From the NCBI GenBank assembly GCA_025363585.1, contig JANYDN010000177.1, forward strand, positions 7,749-71,748: a stretch of 64,000 nucleotides of DNA, written 5' to 3'. Of the stretch, positions 16,597-25,816 are shown piece after piece. Made by a program: the position numbers and the translations under genes. The DNA comes from Verrucomicrobiota bacterium. Its GTDB lineage: Bacteria; Verrucomicrobiota; Verrucomicrobiia; Limisphaerales; UBA9464. How positions within the stretch are numbered: the first letter of the stretch is position 1; every line of letters begins with the position of its first letter. The notes under the pieces are model-generated. The model was not told the origin of the DNA and ran no database searches. It saw only the letters and a list, made by a program, of their open reading frames with translations.

Positions 16597-16741
16597 GGAG
16601 GATTTTCACGCCAAGGCGCCAAGACGCCAAGAAAGCGGGCAAAAAGGAACGTTTCCGTCGCTCCCATCACCCCAGCGAACGGTGGGCCTCGATTCCGGTT
16701 CCCAAAGCTCGGATCCTTGGCGTCTTGGCGCCTTGGCGTGA
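16597..16741. repeat. MITE-like head+hairpin element (CACGCCAAGG family), copy 2
   Basis: Head GGAGGATTTTCACGCC. Perfect 26-bp inverted repeat TCACGCCAAGGCGCCAAGACGCCAAG (16606-16631) / CTTGGCGTCTTGGCGCCTTGGCGTGA (16716-16741). A solo head+arm lies at 16371-16400. Confidence 0.9.
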
Positions 16742-16840
16742 TACCAAGTTTGGTTTTCATCGCATGCTTCCGGTTGATTCCACCCCCGCCGCGCTTCCAT
16801 CCCCGGGGGCAAGGCAGTAATAATTTGGCTCCGCCAACTC

Positions 16841-19800
16841 ATGTCGAAGCCACGGTCCTCCAGCCATGCCCACCGGGCGATCCGCGTCGCCGCGCTCGCG
16901 TTGTGCCTGGCCGCGTTTGGACAGAGCCGTCTTCGATGGGAACCGGGCCCTGGCCATCGCAGCGCCGCGTTGCCGGTGCCGGCGACCGGCCACACCGGGT
17001 TCACGCTGCTCGACGCGGCATCGATCGGCATCGACTTCACCAACGCCCTCGCGCCCGAGCGCGTCCAGGCGTTCCAGAACCTGATGAACGGCGCCGGACT
17101 GGCCGCGGCGGACGTCAACGGCGATGGCCTGGTCGATCTCTATTTCGTCCATCGCGAGGGCAGGAACCAATTGTTCCTGAACCTCGGCGAAGGCCGTTTC
17201 ACCAATGCCACCGCGGGTTCCGGCGCTGCCTGCACGAACCTCGTCTCGACCGGCGCCGTGTTCGCGGACGTGAACGGCGACGGCTCGCCCGACCTTCTCG
17301 TGTCCAGTTTCGGAGGCCCGCACGCGCTGCTGCTGAACGACGGCAAGGGACATTTCTCCGACGTCACAGCGTCGTCGGGCATCGGCGGCAAATCGGGATC
17401 GACGTCGCTCGCGCTGGCGGACCTCGATGGCGACGGCGCGCTCGACCTCTATTGGTGCAATTTCGCGGTGCAGGCGATCCTGCGCGACGGCGGGATGATC
17501 ACGACGCGGATGATCAACGGGCAGCCGCAGGTGACGGGACGCCACGCGAACCGCCTGCGGATCGTGGACGGGACGTTGTACGAGTACGGCGATCCCGACG
17601 TGCTGTACCACAACGACGGCAAGGGACATTTCACGCCGGTGCCATGGGAATCGGCATTCATCGATGGCTCCGGGCGCCCGGTTCCACCGCCGCCGGACTT
17701 TGGCCTAGCGGTGCAGATCCGCGACGTGAACGGCGACGGGTTTCCCGACATTTACGTCTGCAACGATTTCCAGACGCCGGACCATCTTTGGCTCGGCGAC
17801 GGGAAGGGACACTTCCGCGAGGCGCCGGACATGGCGTTGCGCAACATGAGCTACGCGTCGATGGGCGTGGACTTCGCGGATCTCGACCGCGACGGGCGGA
17901 TGGATTTCATCACCGTGGAGATGCTGGATCCGGACCTGAGGAAGCATCTGCGCACGATCGGTTCAGCCGGGCCGAACGCGCGTTCGCCGGGCCAATACCG
18001 GAACCGCGAGGATCTCCCGCGCAACGCGCTCTACCGGAACCGCGGCGACGGCACGTACGCCGAGATCGCGAATTTCTCCGGCGTGGCGGCGACCAGTTGG
18101 TCGTGGACCCCGCTGTTCCTCGACGTCGATCTCGACGGATGGGAAGACCTGCTCGTTTCGAACGGACACCTTCACGACGTCAACAACCGCGACATCACCG
18201 CGAAGGTGGTGCCGAAGCCGGGGCAAAGCCTGCAGGCGACGAAGGACCAGTTGCTGTCGTTCCCGCCGCTTGAGCCGCCGAAGTTCGCGTTCCGCAACCG
18301 CCACGACCTGACGTTCGAGAACACCAGCGAGCAGTGGGGCTTCGACACCCATCGCATGGCGCACGGCATGATCGCGGTCGATCTCGACGAGGACGGCGAC
18401 ATGGACATCGTGGCCAACACGCTGCGCGGACCGCCCCTCGTCTTCCGCAACGAATCGATCGCGCCGCGAGTCGCGGTCCGCGTGAAGGGCCTCGCGCCGA
18501 ACACCGGCGGCATCGGCGCGCGAATCACGCTTCGCGGCGGTCCGGTCACGCAGACCCAGGAGATCGTCGCCGGCGGGCAATACCTCTCGCACGGCGAGAT
18601 GCAGCGCACCTTCGCGGCGGGCACGGGGCCGATGACGCTGGAAGTCCGCTGGCGCTCGGGAAGGCGCAGCGAGGTCACCGGTGTCCGCGCGAACCGCATC
18701 TACGAGATCGACGAGACGGGCGCGGCCGACGGGCCGCCCGAACCGAAGCTCGACGCGGTGCCGCCACTGTTCGCCGACGTCTCCGCGTTGCTGGGCCACG
18801 CGCACGTCGAGGATGCGTTCGACGATTTCGAGCAACAGCCGTTGTTGCCGCAGCGTTATTCCCAACTCGGGCCCGGCGTCGCGTGGAGCGATATCGACGG
18901 CGACGGACACGTCGATCTCGCGATCGGGTCCGGCAAGGGCGGGCCGATCTCCGTTTTCGCCGGCGACGGCAAGGGCGGGTTTGCGAAGGTGCGGGAATCG
19001 GCGCCCGTGCCCGAAGACGCGGGCGCGTTGCTCGCGATGCCGGAAGCGGACGGGCGGCACTCGGTGATTGCGGCGATCGCGAACTACGTTTCCGGCGGCG
19101 AGTCGAACGCCCCGGCCGCGTTGCGATTCGTCCCGCGCGACGGCGTGGCCGCGGCGTTCGAACCGCTCGCGGGAAACAGCGCGAGTTTCGGCGCACTCGC
19201 CGCGGGCGACGTGGATGGCGACGGCGATCTCGACGTCTTCGCCGGGGCACGGCTCACGGCGCGGCGTTGGCCGCAACCCGGCGGTTCGATTTGGTTCCGC
19301 AACGACGGTGGGAAGCTGGTGCGCGACGAGGCGGCCAGCGCGCCGTTCGCCGCCGTCGGCCCGGTCGCCGATGCATTGCTGGTCGATCTCGATGGCGACG
19401 GCAAACCCGAACTCGTCCTCGCGTGCGAGCTCGGCCCGGTCCGCGTCTTTCATCGCGACGCGTCCGGCTGGAAGGAAACGGATCCGGGAGTGGACACCGC
19501 GGGCATTCCGGGAATCGCGCCGGGAATCACCCGGCTGCGCGCGCTCGAAGGTTGGTGGAACAGCGTCGCCGCGGCGGATTTCGACGGCGACGGGCGCATG
19601 GATCTCGTGGTGGGCAACCGCGGCCGGAACTCGTCCTGGGAAACATGGGGCGACCACCTGCCGCGCGTCGAATGGGCCGACGGGGGCGACGGGTCGGTCG
19701 CCGTGGTGGAAGGCGTGATGGAAACCGGCGTGGTGCGGCCGGTGCGGGCCCGCAACGTTCTGGGCGGCGTTCTGCAGGACCTCGCGACGCGGTACCCGAC

Positions 19801-20530
19801 GCACGCGTTGTTCGCGGAGGCGGACACCGCCTCGATCCTTGGGGTGCACGCGCCGCGGACGCCGCTCAAGGCCGCGACGCTGGCGTCGGTGGTGCTCCTC
19901 AACCGCGGCGACCATTTCGAGGCGCGCGCGTTGCCACCCGAGGCGCAGTGGGCACCGGCGTTCGGACTTGCCGCGGCGGATTTCGACGGGGACGGGAACA
20001 CCGATCTGTTCGTCGCGCAGAATCTCTTCGCGGTGCGTCGCGACGACCCGCGGTTGGACGCGGGACGCGGGCTACTGCTGTCGGGCGACGGGCGTGGTGG
20101 ATTCCGCGCGTTGACCGGGGAGGAATCGGGCGTGGTGCTCTACGGCGAACAGCGCGGCGCCGCCGCGGCGGACTACGACGGCGATGGACGCGTCGATTTG
20201 GTCGTGAGCCAGAACGGCGGCCAGACCGCGCTCTTCCACAATTTGCGCGCGAAGCCGGGGCTGCGCGTGAGGTTGCGGGGCGCGGCGGGAAATCCCGACG
20301 CGATCGGCGCGGTGGTGCGTCCGATGCGCGGCGGCGTGGGCGGCGCGGCGCAGGCGATCACCGCGGGCGGCGGATATTGGTCGCAGCCGGACGTGACGTT
20401 GGTGTTCGGCGGCGCGAGGCCGGAGAAACTCGAGATCCGTTGGCCGGGAGGGAAGACGGGGACGATCGAAGTGCCGGCGGACGCGCGGGAGATCGCGGTG
20501 ACCGTCGAAGGCGCGGTGAAGCGGCCGTAG
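16841..20530 (+). CDS. FG-GAP/VCBS repeat + ASPIC/UnbV domain protein (CRTAC1-like), secreted, duplicated architecture
   Basis: Repeated DVNGDGxxDL / DLDGDG / DFDGDG FG-GAP calcium loops. Two UnbV_ASPIC-like segments (GARITLRGGPVTQTQEIVAGGQYLSHGE; GAVVRPMRGGVGGAAQAITAGGGYWSQPD). Confidence 0.85.
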   Translation: MSKPRSSSHAHRAIRVAALALCLAAFGQSRLRWEPGPGHRSAALPVPATGHTGFTLLDAASIGIDFTNALAPERVQAFQNLMNGAGLAAADVNGDGLVDLYFVHREGRNQLFLNLGEGRFTNATAGSGAACTNLVSTGAVFADVNGDGSPDLLVSSFGGPHALLLNDGKGHFSDVTASSGIGGKSGSTSLALADLDGDGALDLYWCNFAVQAILRDGGMITTRMINGQPQVTGRHANRLRIVDGTLYEYGDPDVLYHNDGKGHFTPVPWESAFIDGSGRPVPPPPDFGLAVQIRDVNGDGFPDIYVCNDFQTPDHLWLGDGKGHFREAPDMALRNMSYASMGVDFADLDRDGRMDFITVEMLDPDLRKHLRTIGSAGPNARSPGQYRNREDLPRNALYRNRGDGTYAEIANFSGVAATSWSWTPLFLDVDLDGWEDLLVSNGHLHDVNNRDITAKVVPKPGQSLQATKDQLLSFPPLEPPKFAFRNRHDLTFENTSEQWGFDTHRMAHGMIAVDLDEDGDMDIVANTLRGPPLVFRNESIAPRVAVRVKGLAPNTGGIGARITLRGGPVTQTQEIVAGGQYLSHGEMQRTFAAGTGPMTLEVRWRSGRRSEVTGVRANRIYEIDETGAADGPPEPKLDAVPPLFADVSALLGHAHVEDAFDDFEQQPLLPQRYSQLGPGVAWSDIDGDGHVDLAIGSGKGGPISVFAGDGKGGFAKVRESAPVPEDAGALLAMPEADGRHSVIAAIANYVSGGESNAPAALRFVPRDGVAAAFEPLAGNSASFGALAAGDVDGDGDLDVFAGARLTARRWPQPGGSIWFRNDGGKLVRDEAASAPFAAVGPVADALLVDLDGDGKPELVLACELGPVRVFHRDASGWKETDPGVDTAGIPGIAPGITRLRALEGWWNSVAAADFDGDGRMDLVVGNRGRNSSWETWGDHLPRVEWADGGDGSVAVVEGVMETGVVRPVRARNVLGGVLQDLATRYPTHALFAEADTASILGVHAPRTPLKAATLASVVLLNRGDHFEARALPPEAQWAPAFGLAAADFDGDGNTDLFVAQNLFAVRRDDPRLDAGRGLLLSGDGRGGFRALTGEESGVVLYGEQRGAAAADYDGDGRVDLVVSQNGGQTALFHNLRAKPGLRVRLRGAAGNPDAIGAVVRPMRGGVGGAAQAITAGGGYWSQPDVTLVFGGARPEKLEIRWPGGKTGTIEVPADAREIAVTVEGAVKRP

Positions 20531-20697
20531 CACGGGTGTCTCGCCTGCGGTAGTCGCGGGCGTCCCCGCCTGCGTGAGGTGAGCCGGCGGAGAAACCAGT
20601 CTCCGCGCGAAGCGCCTTGGAGTACGGCGGAAAGGTCCTCGGCACTTCCTTGCAACGCCACGGGGGGAGCCCTTGCTGGCAGACTTCGCATGCTTCG

Positions 20698-20771
20698 GTG
20701 ACGGCAGGGCCGCCGTCACCCACGCAGGTTGAGGCCCCCGCCTCGGTGGGTGGCACCGGCTCGGGTGCCAC
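20698..20771 (-). repeat. Composite two-hairpin element (GTGACGGC-N6-GCCGTCAC + GTGGCACC-N6-GGTGCCAC)
   Basis: Hairpins at 20698-20719 and 20750-20771. The same composite occurs in reverse-complement arrangement at 27028-27100. Confidence 0.85.
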
Positions 20772-20912
20772 GGCTTGCGTGGGGAAAGCTCAATGCGGGC
20801 GAGGACGCCCTTGTTTGTGCAGCCGGGACGGCCGCCCTACGGCAAACGCAGGCGGGGACGCCCGCGCTACATCCGCCGCGTCACCGCGTCGGCCACGACT
20901 TGGACGCCCGCG

Positions 20913-22322
20913 CTACGCAACGACGTCGAGGATCGGCGTGCCGGAGGTGATGGAGACCGGACGGTTTCCCTGGCCGCGCACTTCCGCCGACGGATCGATC
21001 CCGAGCAGGTGGTACATCGTCGCCGCGACGTCGTCGGGCCGGACCATGTTCTCGGCCGGATACGCGCCGTGACGGTCGCTCGCGCCGTACGCATACCCGC
21101 GCTTCGTGCCGCCGCCCGCGAACAACACCGTGTAGCAATCGGGCCAATGGTCGCGGCTGATGTTGCCGTTGATCCGCGGCGTCCTTCCGAACTCGCCCAT
21201 CCACACCACCAGCGTCGAATCGAGCAGGCCGCGTTCGTCGAGATCGACCAGCAACGTCGGGAGCGTCTGGTCCATCATCGGCAGGTGGCGCTTCTCGATG
21301 ATCGGGAACATCCGCGTGTTGTTGAACCCGTGCGTGTCCCAACCGCCCTCGGTCATCGATTGGCCGCCGATGGATTGGTCGAGGTAGACCGTGACGAACT
21401 TCACGCCGGCCTCCACGAGACGCCGCGCCATCAGGCAGCTTTGGCCGTAGGTCGTGCGACCGTAGCGTTCGCGCGCCTTCTCGGATTCCGCCGACAGGTT
21501 GAACGCGCCGCGAAGCTTGTCGGAATGCAGCATCGCCATCGCCTTGTCGTAGTAGGCGTCCAATCCACGCGCCGGCGCGGAGTGGTCGAGCAACCGCGAT
21601 TGTTGGTCCACCAACTTCTGCAACTCGCGCCGCGCGGACAACCGCTCGTAGCTCACGCCCGCCGGCAGGCTCAATTCCGGCAACGAGAAATCCGTCGCGT
21701 TCGGATCGCGCCGCACCAAAAACGGATCGTGCTCGCGCCCGAGAAAACTCGCGTGCTGCCCCGGCGTCACCGAGCCGTCGCTGATCACGTGCGGGAACGC
21801 GACCGAGGTCGGCAACTCCGGATCCGACAGCGGCGCGAGTCGATCGACGGTCGATCCGTACGCCGGATACAAGTCGAGGGAGTCCTTCAGGCGGATGTCG
21901 TCGAGCGGCGGCGCGTGTCCGGTGAGCGCGTAGTACGCGGCGGAATTGTGGTTCCGCATGGTGTGGTGCACGGACCGCACGAGGCAGACCTTGTCCATGA
22001 CCTTGGCCATCCGCGGCAGCCGTTCGTTGACCATCAAGCCCGCGACGTTCGAGGCCATCGGCTTGTGCAACCCGCGGATTCCCTCGGGCGCATCCGGTTT
22101 CATGTCGAAGGTCTCGAGATGGCTCGGGCCGCCCCACTGGAAAAGGAAGATCACGGACTTCGCCTTCGCGGCGGCGCGCGCGATGCCCGCGGGACCGGCC
22201 GCGCGGGCCATGCGCGGGAGCGTGAGGCCCAGCAAGCCTAGGCCACCGACACGCAGCGCGGCGCGGCGCGTCATCACGCGGCGCACGGCGGCATCGAGGT
22301 CGGAAGAAGGGTTTGGGTTCAT
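20913..22322 (-). CDS. DUF1501 domain protein (sulfatase-fold), Tat signal
   Basis: MNPNPSSDLDAAVRRVMTRRAALRVGGLGLLGLTLP, then SVIFLFQWGGPSHLETFDMKPDAP..., GGWDTHG..., DHWP motifs typical of DUF1501. The ATG overlaps the upstream stop (ATGA at 22319-22322). Confidence 0.85.
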   Translation of the reverse strand: MNPNPSSDLDAAVRRVMTRRAALRVGGLGLLGLTLPRMARAAGPAGIARAAAKAKSVIFLFQWGGPSHLETFDMKPDAPEGIRGLHKPMASNVAGLMVNERLPRMAKVMDKVCLVRSVHHTMRNHNSAAYYALTGHAPPLDDIRLKDSLDLYPAYGSTVDRLAPLSDPELPTSVAFPHVISDGSVTPGQHASFLGREHDPFLVRRDPNATDFSLPELSLPAGVSYERLSARRELQKLVDQQSRLLDHSAPARGLDAYYDKAMAMLHSDKLRGAFNLSAESEKARERYGRTTYGQSCLMARRLVEAGVKFVTVYLDQSIGGQSMTEGGWDTHGFNNTRMFPIIEKRHLPMMDQTLPTLLVDLDERGLLDSTLVVWMGEFGRTPRINGNISRDHWPDCYTVLFAGGGTKRGYAYGASDRHGAYPAENMVRPDDVAATMYHLLGIDPSAEVRGQGNRPVSITSGTPILDVVA

Positions 22323-24583
22323 CGGCGCAGGACGAATTCCTTCGCGTTGACGAGGCTCCAGGCGAGGTCCTCGAGCGCGGCGCGCGGTGTGGGCGCGCTT
22401 GCGAAAAGTTTTTCGGCGGCCGCGGTCTCGCCGCGCGTGGGCGGACGCGAAAGCACGGACCAGAAAAGCTCGTCGGCGATCCGTGGGACCGACAATCCGG
22501 ACGCGGCGAGTTTGCCGAGACGGTTGTCCGGTTGGACGAGCAATTCCTGGAACATCGGCCCGCTCACCATCTGGAACGCCTGGGACATCGTCACCGCGTC
22601 CGATCGCTCGCACTCGCACGTGAGCACGCGCGAGGGCTTGCCGAAGGCGTCGAGGAAGCGGTCGGTCGACGTGCGTTTGCCGGCGCGTTGCGGCGCCACG
22701 CCGGGCACCTGCGACGCGCGCGTGCCCGCCGGTTGCCCCGGGAAATCAAGGTGGCCGCCGAGGGCGATGGCCTGGCAGTCCGCGAGTTGTTCCGCCCCGA
22801 GCCGCCGCACCACGACGTGCGAATGGTTGGACTCGTCCGATCCGTTCGTCGCGTCCGGCGTGCTGTCGAGGCCGTAGGCCCGCGACGTCGCGATGAGCCG
22901 CACCGTCCGCCGCAGATCGTGGCCGTGCCGCACGAAGTCGTCGGCCAGCGCGTCGAGCAGTTCCGGATGCGACGCGGGATTCGTGGCACGGAAATCGTCG
23001 ACGGGATCGACAAGGCCGCGGCCCATCAGGTGGAACCAGATGCGATTCGCCATCACGCGCGGGAACTGCGGCTGCACGACGAGCCACCGCGCCACCGCGT
23101 CGAGTTCGTCGCCGTCGGGGTCGGCGTTGCCCGGCGCGACCATCCCGGTGGTGCCGAGGAAGCGCGGCACGGCGGGCTTTCCGGTGCGCGGATTCTTCAC
23201 GTCGCCTTTCGCCGCGACGTACACGACCTGCTCGCCCTTGAACTCGTGGTTGTCGTTGTCGTCCTTCCGGTCGTTGCGCAGCACCTTGGTGTTCACGCGG
23301 GCGAACACCGCCGCCCAATCGTGGTAATCGTCCTGCGACCAATGGTCGAACGGATGGTTGTGGCACTGCGCGCAGGTCAGGCGCGTGCCGAGGAAGACCT
23401 CGGAGACGGCCAGCGCGCGCTCGACGGGCGTGCGGTTCGCGCGATGGAAGTTCGCCGGCGGGTTGGCGTAGGTGCTGCCGCGGGCGGAGACCAGTTCGCG
23501 CGCGAACCGATCCATCGGCATGTGGTCCGCGATCGCGTCGCGGATCCACCGGTGGAAAACCACCATGCCCTTGCGGTCGAGCGCGCGTTCCTCGACGCGC
23601 AGCAGGTCGGCCCACTTCAACGCCCAGAATTCGGGGAACTCCGGACGTTCCATCAACGCGTCGACGAGCCGCGACCGCTTGTCCTTGCGTCGGTCGGCGA
23701 CGTAGGCGCGCGCCTCGTCGGCGGTCGGCGGCATGCCGAGCAGGTCGAGGTACAGACGCCGGACCAGGACCGTGTCGGGCGCGTCGGCGCTCGGGTTTAG
23801 TCGCAGCGTGCGGAGCTTTGCGAAGAGATGTTCGTCGATGAATCCCGCCGGCTTCGGCCCGGCCCAACGGTAGTCGGGACGCGCCGGCACGAACGCGACG
23901 CGCACCGGTTCCTGTTTGGAAAGGTAGCGCACCAACACGACGGCCTCGCCGGACTGCGTGCGCTGGACGTCGCCGTCGGGCGTGACGCGGACGTTCGCGC
24001 CGGTGGGTTCGTACACGACCTCGCGGGTGACGTCGCGCCGCGCGCCGTCGGCAAACACGGCGACCGCGTGGATGTGGGCGTTGGTCTTGGGTTCGACGAG
24101 CACCACCGACGACGGCGTCACCTCGAGCCGGGCGAGAACCGGGGCGTTGGTGGCGTCGTCGGGCAGTCCGGATGCGATCCATTCGCGGAGCGTCCGGTAC
24201 TCGCGGGAGTCGGCGGCGAAACGTCGTCCGCCCTCGTGGGGCAGGGCCGCGGTGGCCTTGAGCAGAGCGAGGCTGTGATCGGGGTCGAAGGAATCCACGC
24301 GACGGCCACCCTCGCCCAGCGCGATCGCCGAGTGGTCCGCGACGGGATCCTCCGCGCGGAGCGACAGCTTGAAACCGCCCTTGCCGCTGGCGTTGCCGTG
24401 GCACGCGCCCGCGTTGCATCCCGCGCGGTTCAGGATCTGCATGACGTCGCGCCGGAACGAGACGTCGTTCGTGGCACCGACGGCTGGAACCGCGCCCGCC
24501 GCGGCGACGACCATTCCGGCCGCGAGCAAGGCGCGGAGAAATGTACGCGGGGCGGGGAACATCCGCGCAGTCTTACAGTGCAT
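22319..24583 (-). CDS. DUF1549 (PSCyt2) + Big_2-like + DUF1553 (PSD1) protein
   Basis: ILNRAGCNAGACHGNASGKGGFKLSL, FIDEHLFAKLRTLRLNPS, LTCAQCHNHPFDHWSQDDYH, and the C-terminal LVNAKEFVLRR ending characteristic of the family. Alternative start at 24562. Confidence 0.85.
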   Translation of the reverse strand: MHCKTARMFPAPRTFLRALLAAGMVVAAAGAVPAVGATNDVSFRRDVMQILNRAGCNAGACHGNASGKGGFKLSLRAEDPVADHSAIALGEGGRRVDSFDPDHSLALLKATAALPHEGGRRFAADSREYRTLREWIASGLPDDATNAPVLARLEVTPSSVVLVEPKTNAHIHAVAVFADGARRDVTREVVYEPTGANVRVTPDGDVQRTQSGEAVVLVRYLSKQEPVRVAFVPARPDYRWAGPKPAGFIDEHLFAKLRTLRLNPSADAPDTVLVRRLYLDLLGMPPTADEARAYVADRRKDKRSRLVDALMERPEFPEFWALKWADLLRVEERALDRKGMVVFHRWIRDAIADHMPMDRFARELVSARGSTYANPPANFHRANRTPVERALAVSEVFLGTRLTCAQCHNHPFDHWSQDDYHDWAAVFARVNTKVLRNDRKDDNDNHEFKGEQVVYVAAKGDVKNPRTGKPAVPRFLGTTGMVAPGNADPDGDELDAVARWLVVQPQFPRVMANRIWFHLMGRGLVDPVDDFRATNPASHPELLDALADDFVRHGHDLRRTVRLIATSRAYGLDSTPDATNGSDESNHSHVVVRRLGAEQLADCQAIALGGHLDFPGQPAGTRASQVPGVAPQRAGKRTSTDRFLDAFGKPSRVLTCECERSDAVTMSQAFQMVSGPMFQELLVQPDNRLGKLAASGLSVPRIADELFWSVLSRPPTRGETAAAEKLFASAPTPRAALEDLAWSLVNAKEFVLRR

Positions 24584-25144
24584 CCCGCGCGGCGTCCACC
24601 GGGGTGGGGTGGCGTTCCTCCCACTGCTCGTGGCGGCCGTGGTGACACGGCGGATCCGCAGTCCCTAGCGCGGGCTTCGTCGCCTGCGATTGGGTCTTCC
24701 GCGTTCCCGCGGCGGGGACGCCTTTGGAGTGCGGCGGGAAGCCATCGGATGGCGCCACGCCGCTTTGAGGCCGGCGATGCGGAACATCGTTGAAAGCGGT
24801 GTGGCGCTTTCGCCTGGCCGCCATAGTCCGGCTCTCGCCGGACGAAGTAGGCGAGCGCTTCCCGTCGCACGGCTCCAAAGCCGCTTCTTGCGGCCGACTG
24901 GTTTCGATCCACCGTCTCACCACGGCGGCCACGACACGTGCCGTAGCGAGGGCTTCCCTGCTTGCGATTGATTTTTGCGAATTCGGCAACTCGCCTGAAA
25001 GCGGTGTGGCGTCGCTCCGCTCCTTCCCACCGCACTCTCCAAGGCGCTTCGCGCGGCAACTGGTTTCGACCCACCGTCTCACGACGGCGGCCACCCCTCG
25101 CCACCCGCCTCGACTTCCGTCCGCGCATTTTCCATTTTCTTCCC

Positions 25145-25816
25145 ATGCCGTCGCCGTTTCCCGCCCCGTTGCTCGGACGGTTCCGCCGCGCGGGCGTCGT
25201 CGCCGTGGTCGTCATCGATGATCCCGAGCGCGCCGAACCGCTCGCCGGGGCCTTGCTCGAGGGAGGCGTCGATTTGATCGAGTTGACGCTTCGCACGCCC
25301 GCCGCGCTCGAATCGATGCGTCGCATCCGCCGCGCGTTTCCCGCCATCGGGCTCGGAGCGGGAACGGTGCTGCGTCCCGACCAGATCGCGGAAGTCGTCG
25401 ATGCGGGCGGTTCGTTCGGCGTCGCGCCAGGGTTGAATCCGTCCGTCGTTCACGCCGCGGATTCCGCCGGACTCCCGTTCGCTCCCGGCATCTGCACGCC
25501 GAGCGAGATCGAGCGCGCCGTCGAACTCGGCTGCACGTTGCTGAAGTTTTTCCCGGCCGAACCGCTCGGCGGCGTCCGGTTTCTCAAGACCATTGCCGCG
25601 CCGTACGCGCACCTCGGCATCGGCTATCTCCCGCTCGGCGGGATCAACGCGCGGAACGCCGGGGACTATCTCCGCGAACCGTCGGTCGTCGCGCTCGGCG
25701 GTTCCTGGATCGCGCCTCGCGAGGCGATCGCCGCGGGCGACTGGGCGCTCATCCGCGCGAATGCCCGCGCCGTCTCCGATCTTGCCAAATCCCTTCGCGG
25801 AAATTCCAACGCATGA
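25145..25816 (+). CDS. eda: 2-dehydro-3-deoxyphosphogluconate (KDPG) / 4-hydroxy-2-oxoglutarate aldolase
   Basis: GVVAVVVIDDPERAEPLAGALLEGGVDLIELTLRTPAALESM, LGAGTVL, PGICTPSEIERAVELGCTLLKFFPAE, LPLGGI. Confidence 0.88.
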   Translation: MPSPFPAPLLGRFRRAGVVAVVVIDDPERAEPLAGALLEGGVDLIELTLRTPAALESMRRIRRAFPAIGLGAGTVLRPDQIAEVVDAGGSFGVAPGLNPSVVHAADSAGLPFAPGICTPSEIERAVELGCTLLKFFPAEPLGGVRFLKTIAAPYAHLGIGYLPLGGINARNAGDYLREPSVVALGGSWIAPREAIAAGDWALIRANARAVSDLAKSLRGNSNA

